Source: Spirochaetia bacterium
Lineage (GTDB): Bacteria > Spirochaetota > Spirochaetia > CAKZLE01
DNA: 64,000 nucleotides
Assembly: GCA_963677595.1 (NCBI GenBank)
Contig: OY782041.1
Location: 3,232,001 to 3,296,000 of the forward strand
Direction of reading: 5' to 3'
This document shows, one piece after another, positions 17,078 to 26,945 of this stretch. The notes beneath the pieces are model-generated. The model was not told the DNA's origin. It saw nothing but the letters and a program-made list of their open reading frames with translations, and searched no databases. The position numbers and the translations under genes are program-made. Position 1 is the stretch's first letter. Every line of letters begins with the position of its first letter.

Positions 17078-17344
17078 CCTCCTTGTTTATAACGTGTCAG
17101 ATGACCGGGGCGGTGTAAGAGCAGGATTCACTGATGCACAGGTACCATCTGTTCATCCGGCTCTTCATAGTATAACTGACCTGGGGACTGCAGTACATGG
17201 AAGGGCCGGCAGATAAGGAAAATATCTAAGGAGGTGCTTATAAGAGGAGGTAAATACTCTGACACTGCTGGCAATCATGGGCGGGATTATCGCTATTGCT
17301 GCAGCAGCGGTTAAATAAGAAGGTCTGACTTATTCTTGAACCTG

Positions 17345-17411
17345 GAAAAACGTGGGATAATCACGGAATACTCTAGAAAAACGTGATATCTCCACGTTTT
17401 TATGATACACT
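17345..17411 (+). promoter_or_regulatory. Repeat array 1: GAAAAACGTG x2 (31-bp spacing), each part of a CGTG-N7-CACG dyad, then extended -10
   Basis: Repeats at 17345 and 17376; inverted CACGTTTTT at 17393-17401; TGnTACACT at 17403-17411. Confidence 0.65.
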
Positions 17412-17427
17412 GTTCCCAGGAGATCCT

Positions 17428-18732
17428 ATGGAACGGTTGATAGAACGGCAGTTATCTGCCTGGAAGGAGCGTCCGGGGCGCAAGCCCCTGCTGGTAAGCG
17501 GTGTGCGTCAGGTCGGGAAGACCTGGAGCATCACGGACTTCGGGAAGAGGCACTTTGCAGATCTTCTCTATGTCAATCTCGATACGGAACCCGGTCTCTG
17601 TGATATTTTCAGGCGATCCAAAGACCCTGAGAAGATACTCTTTCATCTCTCAGCCCTGAAGGGCAGGTCCTATGATCCGAAGAGGACCCTCATCTTCTTC
17701 GATGAGATCCAGGAATGTAATGAGGCACTGAATTCCCTGAAGTACTTCTGTGAGGCTGATGAAGAGTATTACATCATAGGAGCAGGGTCGTATCTCGGGA
17801 TCACTCTCCCGAAGGGGTCCTCCTTCCCCGTAGGTACAGTCGAGATGCTCGAGATGAAGCCGATGACCTACAAGGAGTTCCTCCTTGCTGCAGGCCAGGG
17901 GATGCTGGTCGATTACATGGAATCCATCGAGACAGTCAGTCCCCTAGCGGAACCCCTGGCTGATACCTTGAGACGGTACCTGCAGGAGTACTACCTCGTC
18001 GGCGGGATGCCTGAGGCGGTCAAGGCCTGGATGGGTAGGAGGGACCTTACCCTGCTCGATTCCGTACAGGTCAATATCATAAACTCCTATTACCGGGATT
18101 TCTCGAAATACCCGCCGAATGACCAGATTCCCAGGATCTTACAGGTCTGGGACTCGATCGTAGCCCAGCTCTCCCGGGAGAACCGGAAGTTCAAGTACAG
18201 CGAGATACGGAAATCGGCTCGGGCCCGTGAGTACGAACAGGCGGTGAACTGGCTGACCGCCGGCCATTACCTGAGCAGGGTGAACCGTGTCTCCTCATGC
18301 CGGATACCACTCAAGGGGTACGAGGACCCGACCCATTTCAAGACCTATATGCCGGATACCGGGTTGTTGAGGAACAGGGCAGACTTCCCGGTCTCCTCGT
18401 TCCTGGAGATGAAAGAGCATGAGAGCATCCCGTTCAAGGGTGCCCTTGCAGAGAACTATGTACTGCAGGAGCTCAAAGCTGTCTATGGGAAGGAGATCTT
18501 CTACTGGACCGGTAAGAACCAGGAGATAGACTTCGTGCTTCAGGCCGGGGATGCACCCATCCCGATCGAAGTGAAAGCCGGGATGAACGTCTCATCCCGA
18601 AGCCTGACAAGAGTCCTGGAACCTATGGATCTCGGTATCAGGTTCTCGATGAGGAACCTGTCCAGGGAGGGAAAGATCCTGAACATACCCCTGCCGCTCG
18701 TCAGTGAGTTCCAGCGGCTGCTGAACTCTTAG
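17428..18732 (+). CDS. AAA_14 ATPase + DUF4143 protein (copy 1)
   Basis: Walker A GVRQVGKT, Walker B FFDEIQ, VGGMPE, DTGLL, C-terminal EIDF...PIEVK; AGGAG RBS before ATG 17428. Confidence 0.9.
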   Translation: MERLIERQLSAWKERPGRKPLLVSGVRQVGKTWSITDFGKRHFADLLYVNLDTEPGLCDIFRRSKDPEKILFHLSALKGRSYDPKRTLIFFDEIQECNEALNSLKYFCEADEEYYIIGAGSYLGITLPKGSSFPVGTVEMLEMKPMTYKEFLLAAGQGMLVDYMESIETVSPLAEPLADTLRRYLQEYYLVGGMPEAVKAWMGRRDLTLLDSVQVNIINSYYRDFSKYPPNDQIPRILQVWDSIVAQLSRENRKFKYSEIRKSARAREYEQAVNWLTAGHYLSRVNRVSSCRIPLKGYEDPTHFKTYMPDTGLLRNRADFPVSSFLEMKEHESIPFKGALAENYVLQELKAVYGKEIFYWTGKNQEIDFVLQAGDAPIPIEVKAGMNVSSRSLTRVLEPMDLGIRFSMRNLSREGKILNIPLPLVSEFQRLLNS

Positions 18733-18738
18733 AACAAC

Positions 18739-18832
18739 TGTAAAAAGGTGCTGATATTGGTCTGAACATGGTGTAAAAAGGTGTTAATCTTCACTAAAAA
18801 ACATAGGAAAAAGGTGCTATATAGTATATAAT
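18739..18832 (+). promoter_or_regulatory. Repeat array 2: AAAAAGGTG x3 at exact 33-bp spacing, then TATAAT
   Basis: Cores at 18742, 18775 and 18808; TATAAT at 18827-18832. Confidence 0.7.
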
Positions 18833-18866
18833 TCTTTTTGAAAGAACTATATAGAAGGTGTCGCGA

Positions 18867-20165
18867 ATGCTGAGAAGGAAGATAGAAAGAAGATTCGAGG
18901 AATGGAGCCGGGATCCAGACAAGAGGGCTCTCCTTGTCTGGGGAGCAAGACAGGTTGGGAAGACCACCTCGGTGAGGACCTTTGCTTCTCAAGCGTATGA
19001 GTGCTTCATCGAGATAAACTTCGAGGAGAAGCCAAGCCTGAAGGCTGTCTTCTCAGGGGATCTGGATGCAGACACCCTGTATGAGAAACTGAGTGCCGCA
19101 GGGCTCGGGGAGCTGAGACCCCACCATACCCTGCTGTTCCTTGATGAGATCCAGTCATGTCCTGAAGCGCGGACAGCATTGAAATTCCTCGTTGAAGATG
19201 GGCGCCTTGATGTTATCGCTTCAGGTTCATTGCTGGGACTCAATTACCGTGATGTCTCCTCCTATCCTGCGGGTTATGAGCAGAAAGTAGAGATGCATTC
19301 CCTCGACTTCGAGGAGTTCCTCTGGGCAAATGATATACCGGTTGAGACCATAACTGCCCTGTACGGGCACTTCCAGGCGGGGACAGCGGTTGACCCCTTC
19401 ATACATGAACGGATGATGGAACTCTTCAAACGGTACATGATAGTCGGAGGAATGCCAGCAGTGGTGGTTGAGTACCTGAAGATGAAGGATATCCAGAGAG
19501 TGATAGAGGTGCAGCAGATGATCCTCTCAAGCTACCGGGATGATATCTCAAAATATGCCGGCAGGGACAAAAATCGTGCAAAGGCAGTCTTTGACTCGAT
19601 CCCCATGCAGCTGATGGAGAAGAACAAGAAATTCAAGCTTGCAGCTGTCCAGCATGGTGCAAAGAACCGGACCTATGAGGATGCGGTCTTATGGCTATCT
19701 GACGCAGGTATAGCAGCATTCTGCTTCAATGTCTCAGAACTCAGGCTCCCCTTCGAGTTGAGTGAGAAACGGAATGCATATAAGTTCTTCCTCTGTGATA
19801 CAGGACTGCTGAGTGCCATGTCCCTGGGGAATGTCCAGGCTGCTATCCTTGCAGGGGAGCTTTCGATAAACGAAGGGGCAGTTACCGAGAATGCCGTTGC
19901 CGACCTCTTGAGAAAAAGAGGGAGATCACTCCATTATTATGACCGGAAAGGGAGACTTGAGATCGATTTCCTCATAGCTGCCAAGGACGGTCCTGTCCTG
20001 GTAGAGGTGAAGTCAGGGAAGGACTACAGGCGGCATGCATCTCTTTCCAATATCCTGAAGGATAGTGATCATGTCATCAGCCGTGCAGTCGTGCTCTGCA
20101 CCGGCAACATGGAATCAGTTGGGAAGGTAACCTACATGCCGCTGTACATGGTCATGTTCCTGTAG
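18867..20165 (+). CDS. AAA_14 ATPase + DUF4143 protein (copy 2)
   Basis: GARQVGKT, FLDEIQ, VGGMPA, DTGLL, EIDF...VEVKSG. Confidence 0.9.
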   Translation: MLRRKIERRFEEWSRDPDKRALLVWGARQVGKTTSVRTFASQAYECFIEINFEEKPSLKAVFSGDLDADTLYEKLSAAGLGELRPHHTLLFLDEIQSCPEARTALKFLVEDGRLDVIASGSLLGLNYRDVSSYPAGYEQKVEMHSLDFEEFLWANDIPVETITALYGHFQAGTAVDPFIHERMMELFKRYMIVGGMPAVVVEYLKMKDIQRVIEVQQMILSSYRDDISKYAGRDKNRAKAVFDSIPMQLMEKNKKFKLAAVQHGAKNRTYEDAVLWLSDAGIAAFCFNVSELRLPFELSEKRNAYKFFLCDTGLLSAMSLGNVQAAILAGELSINEGAVTENAVADLLRKRGRSLHYYDRKGRLEIDFLIAAKDGPVLVEVKSGKDYRRHASLSNILKDSDHVISRAVVLCTGNMESVGKVTYMPLYMVMFL

Positions 20166-20188
20166 GTCCTTCAGTATTGAAGATCCCT

Positions 20189-20280
20189 TGTAAAAATGTG
20201 AATTATAACAAAAGTACAATGGTAAAAATGTAATTTCTTTCATTAATACGATTGTACTTATGTATGCCCCGTGATACGCT
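20189..20280 (+). promoter_or_regulatory. Repeat array 3: GTAAAAATGT x2 plus one degenerate copy at 32-bp spacing, then extended -10
   Basis: TGTAAAAATGTG (20189), GGTAAAAATGTA (20221), TGTACTTATGTA (20253); TGnTACGCT at 20272-20280. Confidence 0.6.
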
Positions 20281-20301
20281 ACTAACAGGGAGGGGTATCA
20301 T

Positions 20302-21642
20302 ATGCGACGATTCAGGATGGATGACCTGTATGCATGGAAGCAGAAACACGATAAGCTGCCGCTCATTCTTCAGGGTGCAAGACAGGTCGGTAAGACCTGG
20401 CTTATGCAGGAGTTCGGGAGGCAGGCTTATGACCAGGTGGTCTATGTCAACTTCGAGAACAATGAGCGGATGCAGGCACTGTTCTCCAGGACCCTCGATA
20501 TCCCGACACTCATCATGGGAATTGAGGCGGAGTTCTCAGTCAGCCTGCAGCCTGAGACCGTCCTGATCATCTTCGATGAGATCCAGGAGGTCCCGAAAGC
20601 CATTACCTCGCTGAAGTATTTCAGTGAGTACCCCATCGCGTATGATATCATCTGTGCCGGCTCTCTTCTGGGGATCGGGATGGAAGAACGGATCTCGTTC
20701 CCTGTTGGCAAGGTCTCGTTCCTGCAGGTCGCTCCCATGAACTTCGAGGAGTTCCTCGAAGGGATCGGTGAGCAGAAGATGGTTGGAGTCCTTAGAGGCG
20801 ATAACCCGGTATTGCTCGAGACGTTCAGGGAGAAACTCATCCAACTGCTCAAGGTGTATCTCATCGTAGGGGGTATGCCCCGGGTCGTCTCCGAATACGC
20901 CGATTCCGGCTCCCTGGTCCAGGTCAGGGAACTGCAAGCGGACCTGCTGCGGAGTTTCGAACTCGACTTCTCGAAGCATGCCCCGAACGGGGAGATCCCG
21001 AGGATCTTCCAGATATGGAGGAGCATACCTGCCCAGTTGGCCAGGGAACAGAGAAAATTCCTCTATAGACTCATACAGGAGGGGGCACGGGCGAAAGCAT
21101 ACGAGAAGGGCTTAGTATGGCTGCAGCAGGCAGGGATCATCCGGAAGATCTCGAGGATAACAAAACCAGCGCTGCCGCTCTCAGCCTATGAGGACCCCAA
21201 AGCGTTCAAGCTCTTCTTCCTCGATGTAGGCTTGCTCGGTGCCATGAGCGGTCTGCCTGGGAAGGTCATCCTGGACTGGGATGCACTGTTCCAGGAGTTC
21301 AAGGGGGCCCTGACAGAACAGTATGTCATACAGGAACTGGGATCTACTGAGTTCCCGGCTCTCTGGTATTGGAGTGCCCAACGGGCTCCCGCGGAGGTTG
21401 ATGCACTCCTCGAGTATGAGGGCAGCATCATCCCCCTGGAGATCAAGGCAGGGGAGAACCTGAGATCGAAGAGCCTGAAGTCCTATTATGACCGCTATAC
21501 CCCGGCAGTCGCTGTACGAGCCTCCCTCTCTGATCTCCGCGATGAGGGGTGGATGTTCAATATACCCTTGTTTGCGGTCTCCCAGCTCGGGAGGCGCCTC
21601 GAGAAGTATATCCACCATCAGGAAAGATACGTCACTCCTTAG
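20302..21642 (+). CDS. AAA_14 ATPase + DUF4143 protein (copy 3)
   Basis: GARQVGKT, IFDEIQ, VGGMPR, DVGLL, EVDA...LEIKAG; GGAGG RBS. Confidence 0.9.
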   Translation: MRRFRMDDLYAWKQKHDKLPLILQGARQVGKTWLMQEFGRQAYDQVVYVNFENNERMQALFSRTLDIPTLIMGIEAEFSVSLQPETVLIIFDEIQEVPKAITSLKYFSEYPIAYDIICAGSLLGIGMEERISFPVGKVSFLQVAPMNFEEFLEGIGEQKMVGVLRGDNPVLLETFREKLIQLLKVYLIVGGMPRVVSEYADSGSLVQVRELQADLLRSFELDFSKHAPNGEIPRIFQIWRSIPAQLAREQRKFLYRLIQEGARAKAYEKGLVWLQQAGIIRKISRITKPALPLSAYEDPKAFKLFFLDVGLLGAMSGLPGKVILDWDALFQEFKGALTEQYVIQELGSTEFPALWYWSAQRAPAEVDALLEYEGSIIPLEIKAGENLRSKSLKSYYDRYTPAVAVRASLSDLRDEGWMFNIPLFAVSQLGRRLEKYIHHQERYVTP

Positions 21643-23147
21643 AGCGACTGCAGTTCAGCGAATAGCTCCCGGTTCTGCAGATAGGCCCGCTCGAAGATCC
21701 GCTGCAGCTTCCGGTATGCCTGGTGCTGGTCCATGACAGGGTGGATCACGGACGCCGTCGGGTTCATCCGCTCGATGATGCTGAAGTCGGGATAGAGCCC
21801 GCATCCCACGCCGCCGATGACGGCAGCCCCCATACTGGTGGACTCCTCGAGGTATCTCGGGACCTCAAGGGGAAGTCCCGTGACCGTCGACAGCAGTGTG
21901 ACGAGATTCCCCATCCTCGCCCCGCCTCCGGTGACCCTGCAGCGTTCGGTCTCCTGGTGATGTGAGAATATCTCGTAGGAGTAGTTGAGATTCATGGCGA
22001 TCCCCTCATGGATCGCATGGGCGATCTCATCGGCCGTGGTGTTCAGTCCCAGGCCTAAGAGGACTCCCTTCGCCTCGGTGTCCCACCAGGGGGTACGTTC
22101 CCCCATGAGGTAGGGGAGGAAGAGCAGCCCGCCGCTCCCCGGCGGGATATCCTCCGTCTTCTCCTCTAGCTCTGAGTAGATCGTGTCGTTCCCGGCTGGG
22201 GCGAACCGCTTCAGCAGGGAATCAACGTACCACTTGAAGCTGCTCCCTGCCGTCTGCATGGTCCCGCAGGGGTGGTAGAGCCCCGGTACCGGGTGGGCGA
22301 AGGTGAAGACCTTCATGGAAGGATCTTGCAGCGGTTCGGTGGTGGTCATCGAGGTCCAGGCTGAGGACCCGATATTGGTGTAGGTGATCCCCGGGGCGAT
22401 CGAGCCTGCCCCGATGGTGGCACAGCCGCCGTCCCCGGCACCGGCAACGACCGGGGTGCCCTCGAGCAGTCCGGTGAGCTTCGCAGCCTCTCCCGTCACA
22501 TACCCCACGATGTCAGTCGACTGGTGGATATCGGGCATCAGGGATGCATCGATGCCGGCAGCTGCCAAGATTTCCTCTGACCACCGGTCATGCAGCAGGT
22601 CCATGGCATTGGTCCCCGAGGCATCATTGCGCTCGGTGATGAAGGCACCGGTAAGCTTGCAGATCATGTAGTCCTTGGCGTTAAGCATCTTATGGGTCCT
22701 GGAGAAGATCTCCGGCTCATGGTCCCTGATCCACATTAGCTTCTCGATGGAGTAGGCGGAACTCGGACGGTGACCGGTGAGCCGGTAGATATGCTCGAAC
22801 CCCAATACATCGATGAGCTGGTTGGTCTCCTCTTCTGCACGCTGGTCGCAGTAGAGGAGGTGGGGACGAAGATGGTTCCCCTCCCGGTCGACGCAGAGAC
22901 AGCCCTGCATCTGGCCGCTGAAGGAGACCGCCGCGATATCGCGGGGGTCGATCTGGGTGCATATCTCACGCGTACAGGAGCAGACTGCCTCCCCCCAGGC
23001 ATCAGGGTCCTGTTCAGCCCAGTTGGAGTTGAAGAAGTGTGTATCGTAGGCATGCGTGAAAGAGCAGACGAGTTCCCCGGACTCATTGAAGGCGGTGACC
23101 TTGTTCCCCGAGGTGCCGAGGTCATGGGCGATGATATATGAAGGCAT
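21639..23147 (-). CDS. FGGY-family carbohydrate kinase (xylulokinase-like)
   Basis: HDLGTSG, FSGQMQG, DASGT, GAGDG, FLPYLMGERTP, TGGGA motifs. Confidence 0.9.
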   Translation of the reverse strand: MPSYIIAHDLGTSGNKVTAFNESGELVCSFTHAYDTHFFNSNWAEQDPDAWGEAVCSCTREICTQIDPRDIAAVSFSGQMQGCLCVDREGNHLRPHLLYCDQRAEEETNQLIDVLGFEHIYRLTGHRPSSAYSIEKLMWIRDHEPEIFSRTHKMLNAKDYMICKLTGAFITERNDASGTNAMDLLHDRWSEEILAAAGIDASLMPDIHQSTDIVGYVTGEAAKLTGLLEGTPVVAGAGDGGCATIGAGSIAPGITYTNIGSSAWTSMTTTEPLQDPSMKVFTFAHPVPGLYHPCGTMQTAGSSFKWYVDSLLKRFAPAGNDTIYSELEEKTEDIPPGSGGLLFLPYLMGERTPWWDTEAKGVLLGLGLNTTADEIAHAIHEGIAMNLNYSYEIFSHHQETERCRVTGGGARMGNLVTLLSTVTGLPLEVPRYLEESTSMGAAVIGGVGCGLYPDFSIIERMNPTASVIHPVMDQHQAYRKLQRIFERAYLQNRELFAELQSL

Positions 23148-23341
23148 ACTGTTCTCCTGTCGGTTCTGGTACTTCTACTATAGCAGATAACAGGGGAAAA
23201 GGGAGTAGAAACGCTTGCATCGACCGGATTCCCGAGACACCTGTTGATTTCGTTTGTATACATCATCTTTCGGGTGTGGGCACTTCCTTATATCGCTGCC
23301 ATAGAGCTCTTCGGGTCAACTCAGTCCTCACAGGTCTATCA

Positions 23342-23377
23342 GAGAATTGTATAGAACAATAAGAAAATATTACAGAG
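23342..23377 (+). promoter_or_regulatory. Candidate AraC-type operator (two half-sites 21 bp apart)
   Basis: GAGAATTGTATAG (23342) and GAAAATATTACAG (23363); similar pair at 40556/40577. Confidence 0.45.
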
Positions 23378-23459
23378 ACATCTCAGGTGCTGCAATCTAA
23401 AATACCACTATCAAAATTGAACGGCTTTAGGATCGACAGTAGATAACAAGGAGTTTTAG

Positions 23460-24767
23460 ATGGAAAAATCTCAGTCAGATTTCAGATATAATACTGGTGA
23501 AGCGAAAGTGCCGTGGGCTGCCGTCGGAGAGTCCTACAATGCAGATGATATTCTTCATATCGTTAAGTTCCTTCTCCAGGGAGAAGGATCAGAGTATCAG
23601 CAGAATCTTGATAACGTGGAACAAGCTCTGAAAGGATTGGCTGCATATGGAAGTTCGCCTGGAAAGTTGTCACTTGGTGAACATGTGCAGCAGCTTGAGA
23701 GAGCAGTTGACGCCTATCTGGGAGTAGAAGAGAGTGCCTTTGTTACCAATGCGACAGCTGGATTTGAGATTGCGTTCAAATATGCGAATCTTCAGGCAGG
23801 AGATGAAGTCCTCATTCCTGCTATAACCTTTATCGCTACCATGGCGTACCCCCTGTCTGTCGGTGCGAAGGTCGTATTCGTCGATGTTGATCCAGTTACG
23901 TTGAATATGGATCCAGTCGATATGGCTAGGAAGATCACGGAAAAGACTAAGATGGTCGTTCCTGTCCATATCGGGGGATATCCTGTTGATATGGATCCCG
24001 TCATGGAATTGGCTGAGAAGCATGATCTAATCGTGCTCGAAGATGCCGCACATGCTTTCGGGGGCACGTACAAAGGCAGACCGTTAGGTACGATAGGCCA
24101 CTTCGGTGCATTCAGTTTTCACGAGGTAAAGAATATAACCTCTTTTGGCGAGGGAGGCATCCTAGTCTCATCCCTGCCCTTCAAGAGCGAGCTTAAGAAA
24201 GCACGGTTCCTCGGCCTTGATATCTCAACGGCTATTCCTGACTGGCTGTATGATGTCACGGCATTAGAGGGAAAAGAGGGGTACTTTGTAGGCCACAACT
24301 CTTCTAGCACTGAAATCCAGGCAATCGGGCTGGAACGGCAGCTGGAAAGGAATGATGATATCCTGAAGTCGAGAAAAGATAATGTCCTGTATCTTAATGA
24401 AAAATTGTCAGGGTGCGATGCTGTCAGAGTGCAGCCGGTCGGGACAGATGGCAGTGAGCCGACCTTTCATCTGTACCAGCTGCAGATAGACCCGGAAAAA
24501 GCAGGTGGGGATATCCGGGAGCTCAGAAAGAAACTGGAAGAACGAAGTGTCACTACTATCCCACACTTTGCTCCCTTGTACCATTTTTCCATCATCGAGC
24601 AACTTGGGTATGACCGGGAAGAGATCGCTGCAGGTTGCCCCGTGGCCGAGGATGTGTTCCGTCATAGATTCACACACCTGCCAATCTATGGCTTGAGCCG
24701 GGGGCAGCTTGATTACATGGCTGAGGCGATCCTGAGTTCAATCGAAGAGATGCAGCATGCAAAATGA
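23460..24767 (+). CDS. DegT/DnrJ/EryC1/StrS-family PLP-dependent sugar aminotransferase
   Basis: NATAG, GDEVLIPAITFIAT, EDAAHA, FSFHEVKNIT-x-x-GEGG (catalytic Lys present). Confidence 0.9.
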   Translation: MEKSQSDFRYNTGEAKVPWAAVGESYNADDILHIVKFLLQGEGSEYQQNLDNVEQALKGLAAYGSSPGKLSLGEHVQQLERAVDAYLGVEESAFVTNATAGFEIAFKYANLQAGDEVLIPAITFIATMAYPLSVGAKVVFVDVDPVTLNMDPVDMARKITEKTKMVVPVHIGGYPVDMDPVMELAEKHDLIVLEDAAHAFGGTYKGRPLGTIGHFGAFSFHEVKNITSFGEGGILVSSLPFKSELKKARFLGLDISTAIPDWLYDVTALEGKEGYFVGHNSSSTEIQAIGLERQLERNDDILKSRKDNVLYLNEKLSGCDAVRVQPVGTDGSEPTFHLYQLQIDPEKAGGDIRELRKKLEERSVTTIPHFAPLYHFSIIEQLGYDREEIAAGCPVAEDVFRHRFTHLPIYGLSRGQLDYMAEAILSSIEEMQHAK

Positions 24768-25884
24768 GGGAAGCATCATGACAGGGAGAGAGCGGGTGAT
24801 GAATACATTCGCCCGCCAGGACTGCGACAGGATCCCTCTATTTGATGTAGTGAACAGCCCTGATCTCTACTCTTCTGTTCTCGGGGTCGAGAACACCTGG
24901 TCGGACGGTGACCGAGCTGCAGAACTTGCAAAAACGCTTGGACTCGATGCAGTTATGGTCCCGGTCAGCTCCTACACGGGGCTTATGAAGCAGGAAAATG
25001 AATGGATAGATCCACATAACTTCACTGACAGGTTCGGGGTCGGGTTCACCATCACAGACACCTCCTGGCCCTTGGGATTTGCAGTAGGTGAGGTGAAGCT
25101 CGACCGGGATTTCCTTGAACATATCAGGAAGACCGTGACAATCCTGGAAACGGACATGAAGCCAATTGAGGATGCCCTGGCTGTTGCCCATAGTGGTGAT
25201 GCTGAAGAAATAGCCGTGTTTGGTGGTATCAGGAGTGCCTTCAGCTTCTTGTCTATCTCCGGGGGGCTTGTTGCCTTATCCATGCTGATCTACGAGGATC
25301 CGGAACTGCTTCACGACCTGGTGGATGCTGCGACGGAATATTGGACTGAAGTCGGGTTGAAGATGATAGCCAAAGGGGTTGATGCCCTGTATGTCGCTAA
25401 TGATATGGGGATGAACGGCTCTACTATCATTTCACCAGATCATCTCCGTGAGTTCTTTCTACCGGCATTCTTCCGGCAGTGCCGTGCCTGGAAGTCAGCC
25501 GGGGTACGAGTTATTCTTCATTCCTGCGGGAATATTGAATCAATCCTCCCAGACCTGGCGGAATCAGGAGTCATTGACGGGTTGAACAACCTGCAGAGTC
25601 AGGCTGGAATGGATATCACATCGGTGAAAGAGCGGTATGGTCGTGAGTGGACCCTGATTGGGAATGTCGACGCCACAAACGTGATGACAAGCAGTGATAC
25701 AACGGTAATCGATCATGCCGTATCCGAGGTGATCGCCGCAGCTGCCGATGGTGGCGGCCTGATCCTTGCAACCGACCACTCCTTTCATCAGGGGATCCCA
25801 GAGAAGAATATCCTGCATTTCATCGAGCAGGCCAAGCTGCAGGGAGCTGAGTACTGCGAAACATCAAGAGGTTTCTCAATATGA
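24757..25884 (+). CDS. Uroporphyrinogen decarboxylase-family (MtaA/CmuA-like) protein 1
   Basis: MTGRERV, LHSCGN, LIGNVD, GGGLILATDH...IPEKNI. Confidence 0.8.
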   Translation: MQNEGSIMTGRERVMNTFARQDCDRIPLFDVVNSPDLYSSVLGVENTWSDGDRAAELAKTLGLDAVMVPVSSYTGLMKQENEWIDPHNFTDRFGVGFTITDTSWPLGFAVGEVKLDRDFLEHIRKTVTILETDMKPIEDALAVAHSGDAEEIAVFGGIRSAFSFLSISGGLVALSMLIYEDPELLHDLVDAATEYWTEVGLKMIAKGVDALYVANDMGMNGSTIISPDHLREFFLPAFFRQCRAWKSAGVRVILHSCGNIESILPDLAESGVIDGLNNLQSQAGMDITSVKERYGREWTLIGNVDATNVMTSSDTTVIDHAVSEVIAAAADGGGLILATDHSFHQGIPEKNILHFIEQAKLQGAEYCETSRGFSI

Positions 25885-26945
25885 ATGGGAGAGAACGAGT
25901 ATTCAATGCAGTACATGGATATCCTGTGGACCACCCCGTTGCTGCGCCGTATATGGGGAATTTCTCAATCACTGCAGCACGAAAGAACCTCTCTTCCTGT
26001 TATGTGGACTCATCCAGCATGGCGGAGGCTCAACTGGCTGCATGGAACTTGTTCAGGCAGGATGTGATTGTGGTACAGTCAGACAACTACTACATGGCAG
26101 AGGCGTTTGGTGCCCCTGTCACATATGAAGAGGACGATCTGCCTTCCCTGATGGGACATGTCTGTACGACCACAGATGATGTCCTCGAACTCAAACCGAT
26201 AGAAAACGGCAACGGTGGCCGTATGCCGGTATATATAGAAGCCATAGCAAACATCCGAAAAGAGGTTGGGGATGCCGCAGCCATTCGAGGCTGCGGCACC
26301 GGCCCCTTTGTACTGGCAGGTCACCTGCTTGGGATTGAACGGCTCCTGCTCTGGATTGCAGAAACGGAAGCTGAGATCGTTGATCACTCGAAGGAGCTTG
26401 ACCACCTATTCCATGTCGGAGTTGAGACCCTCGTAGGATATGCTGCAGAACAATTGAAAGCTGGTGCGGATATCATCCAGCTCGCGGATTCATTAGCTTC
26501 ACTCAATGTGATCTCTCCAAAAGTCTACAGGAAATATGTATTTCCGTATGAGAAGGAGTTCTTTCGACAGATGAAGCCGTTATGTGCAACCTATGGGGCT
26601 ATGTCGCTGCTCCATATCTGCGGCGACAATACAAGCGTATTCGAAGACTATGCAACGGTTGGTGCGGATATCGTCGCTATCGACCATGCTGCTGACCTCT
26701 CTGAGGCTGTCAGGGTAATAAACGACCGGGCCGCGATAATTGGGAATATTGATCCTGCAGGGATCCTGCTCAACGGGACCCCGTCTGATACCTGCAAATT
26801 GGCATGTGCCTGTCTTGATGCTGTACTTCCCCATAGGTACCTGCTCGGGTCAGGTTGTGAATTGTCAGTCAGGACGCCGATAGAAAACGTAAAGGCGATG
26901 TTGGAGGCAGCGAGGATGTACACACCATGTGAGGCATTGAAATGA
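25881..26945 (+). CDS. Uroporphyrinogen decarboxylase-family (MtaA/CmuA-like) protein 2
   Basis: MNGRERV, GPFVLA, LHICGD, IGNIDP, GSGCE...TPIENV. Confidence 0.85.
   Translation: MNGRERVFNAVHGYPVDHPVAAPYMGNFSITAARKNLSSCYVDSSSMAEAQLAAWNLFRQDVIVVQSDNYYMAEAFGAPVTYEEDDLPSLMGHVCTTTDDVLELKPIENGNGGRMPVYIEAIANIRKEVGDAAAIRGCGTGPFVLAGHLLGIERLLLWIAETEAEIVDHSKELDHLFHVGVETLVGYAAEQLKAGADIIQLADSLASLNVISPKVYRKYVFPYEKEFFRQMKPLCATYGAMSLLHICGDNTSVFEDYATVGADIVAIDHAADLSEAVRVINDRAAIIGNIDPAGILLNGTPSDTCKLACACLDAVLPHRYLLGSGCELSVRTPIENVKAMLEAARMYTPCEALK

Noticed and set aside
17229-17318. Two RBS-like motifs and a hydrophobic frame EEVNTLTLLAIMGGIIAIAAAAVK*
   Set aside because: In-frame TAA upstream and no well-placed start codon; a small-peptide remnant is possible but unsupported.
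18739-18816. 33-bp periodic repeats considered as a CRISPR mini-array
   Set aside because: Repeats are only 9-12 bp with ~21-24-bp gaps and no cas genes; treated as protein-binding sites.
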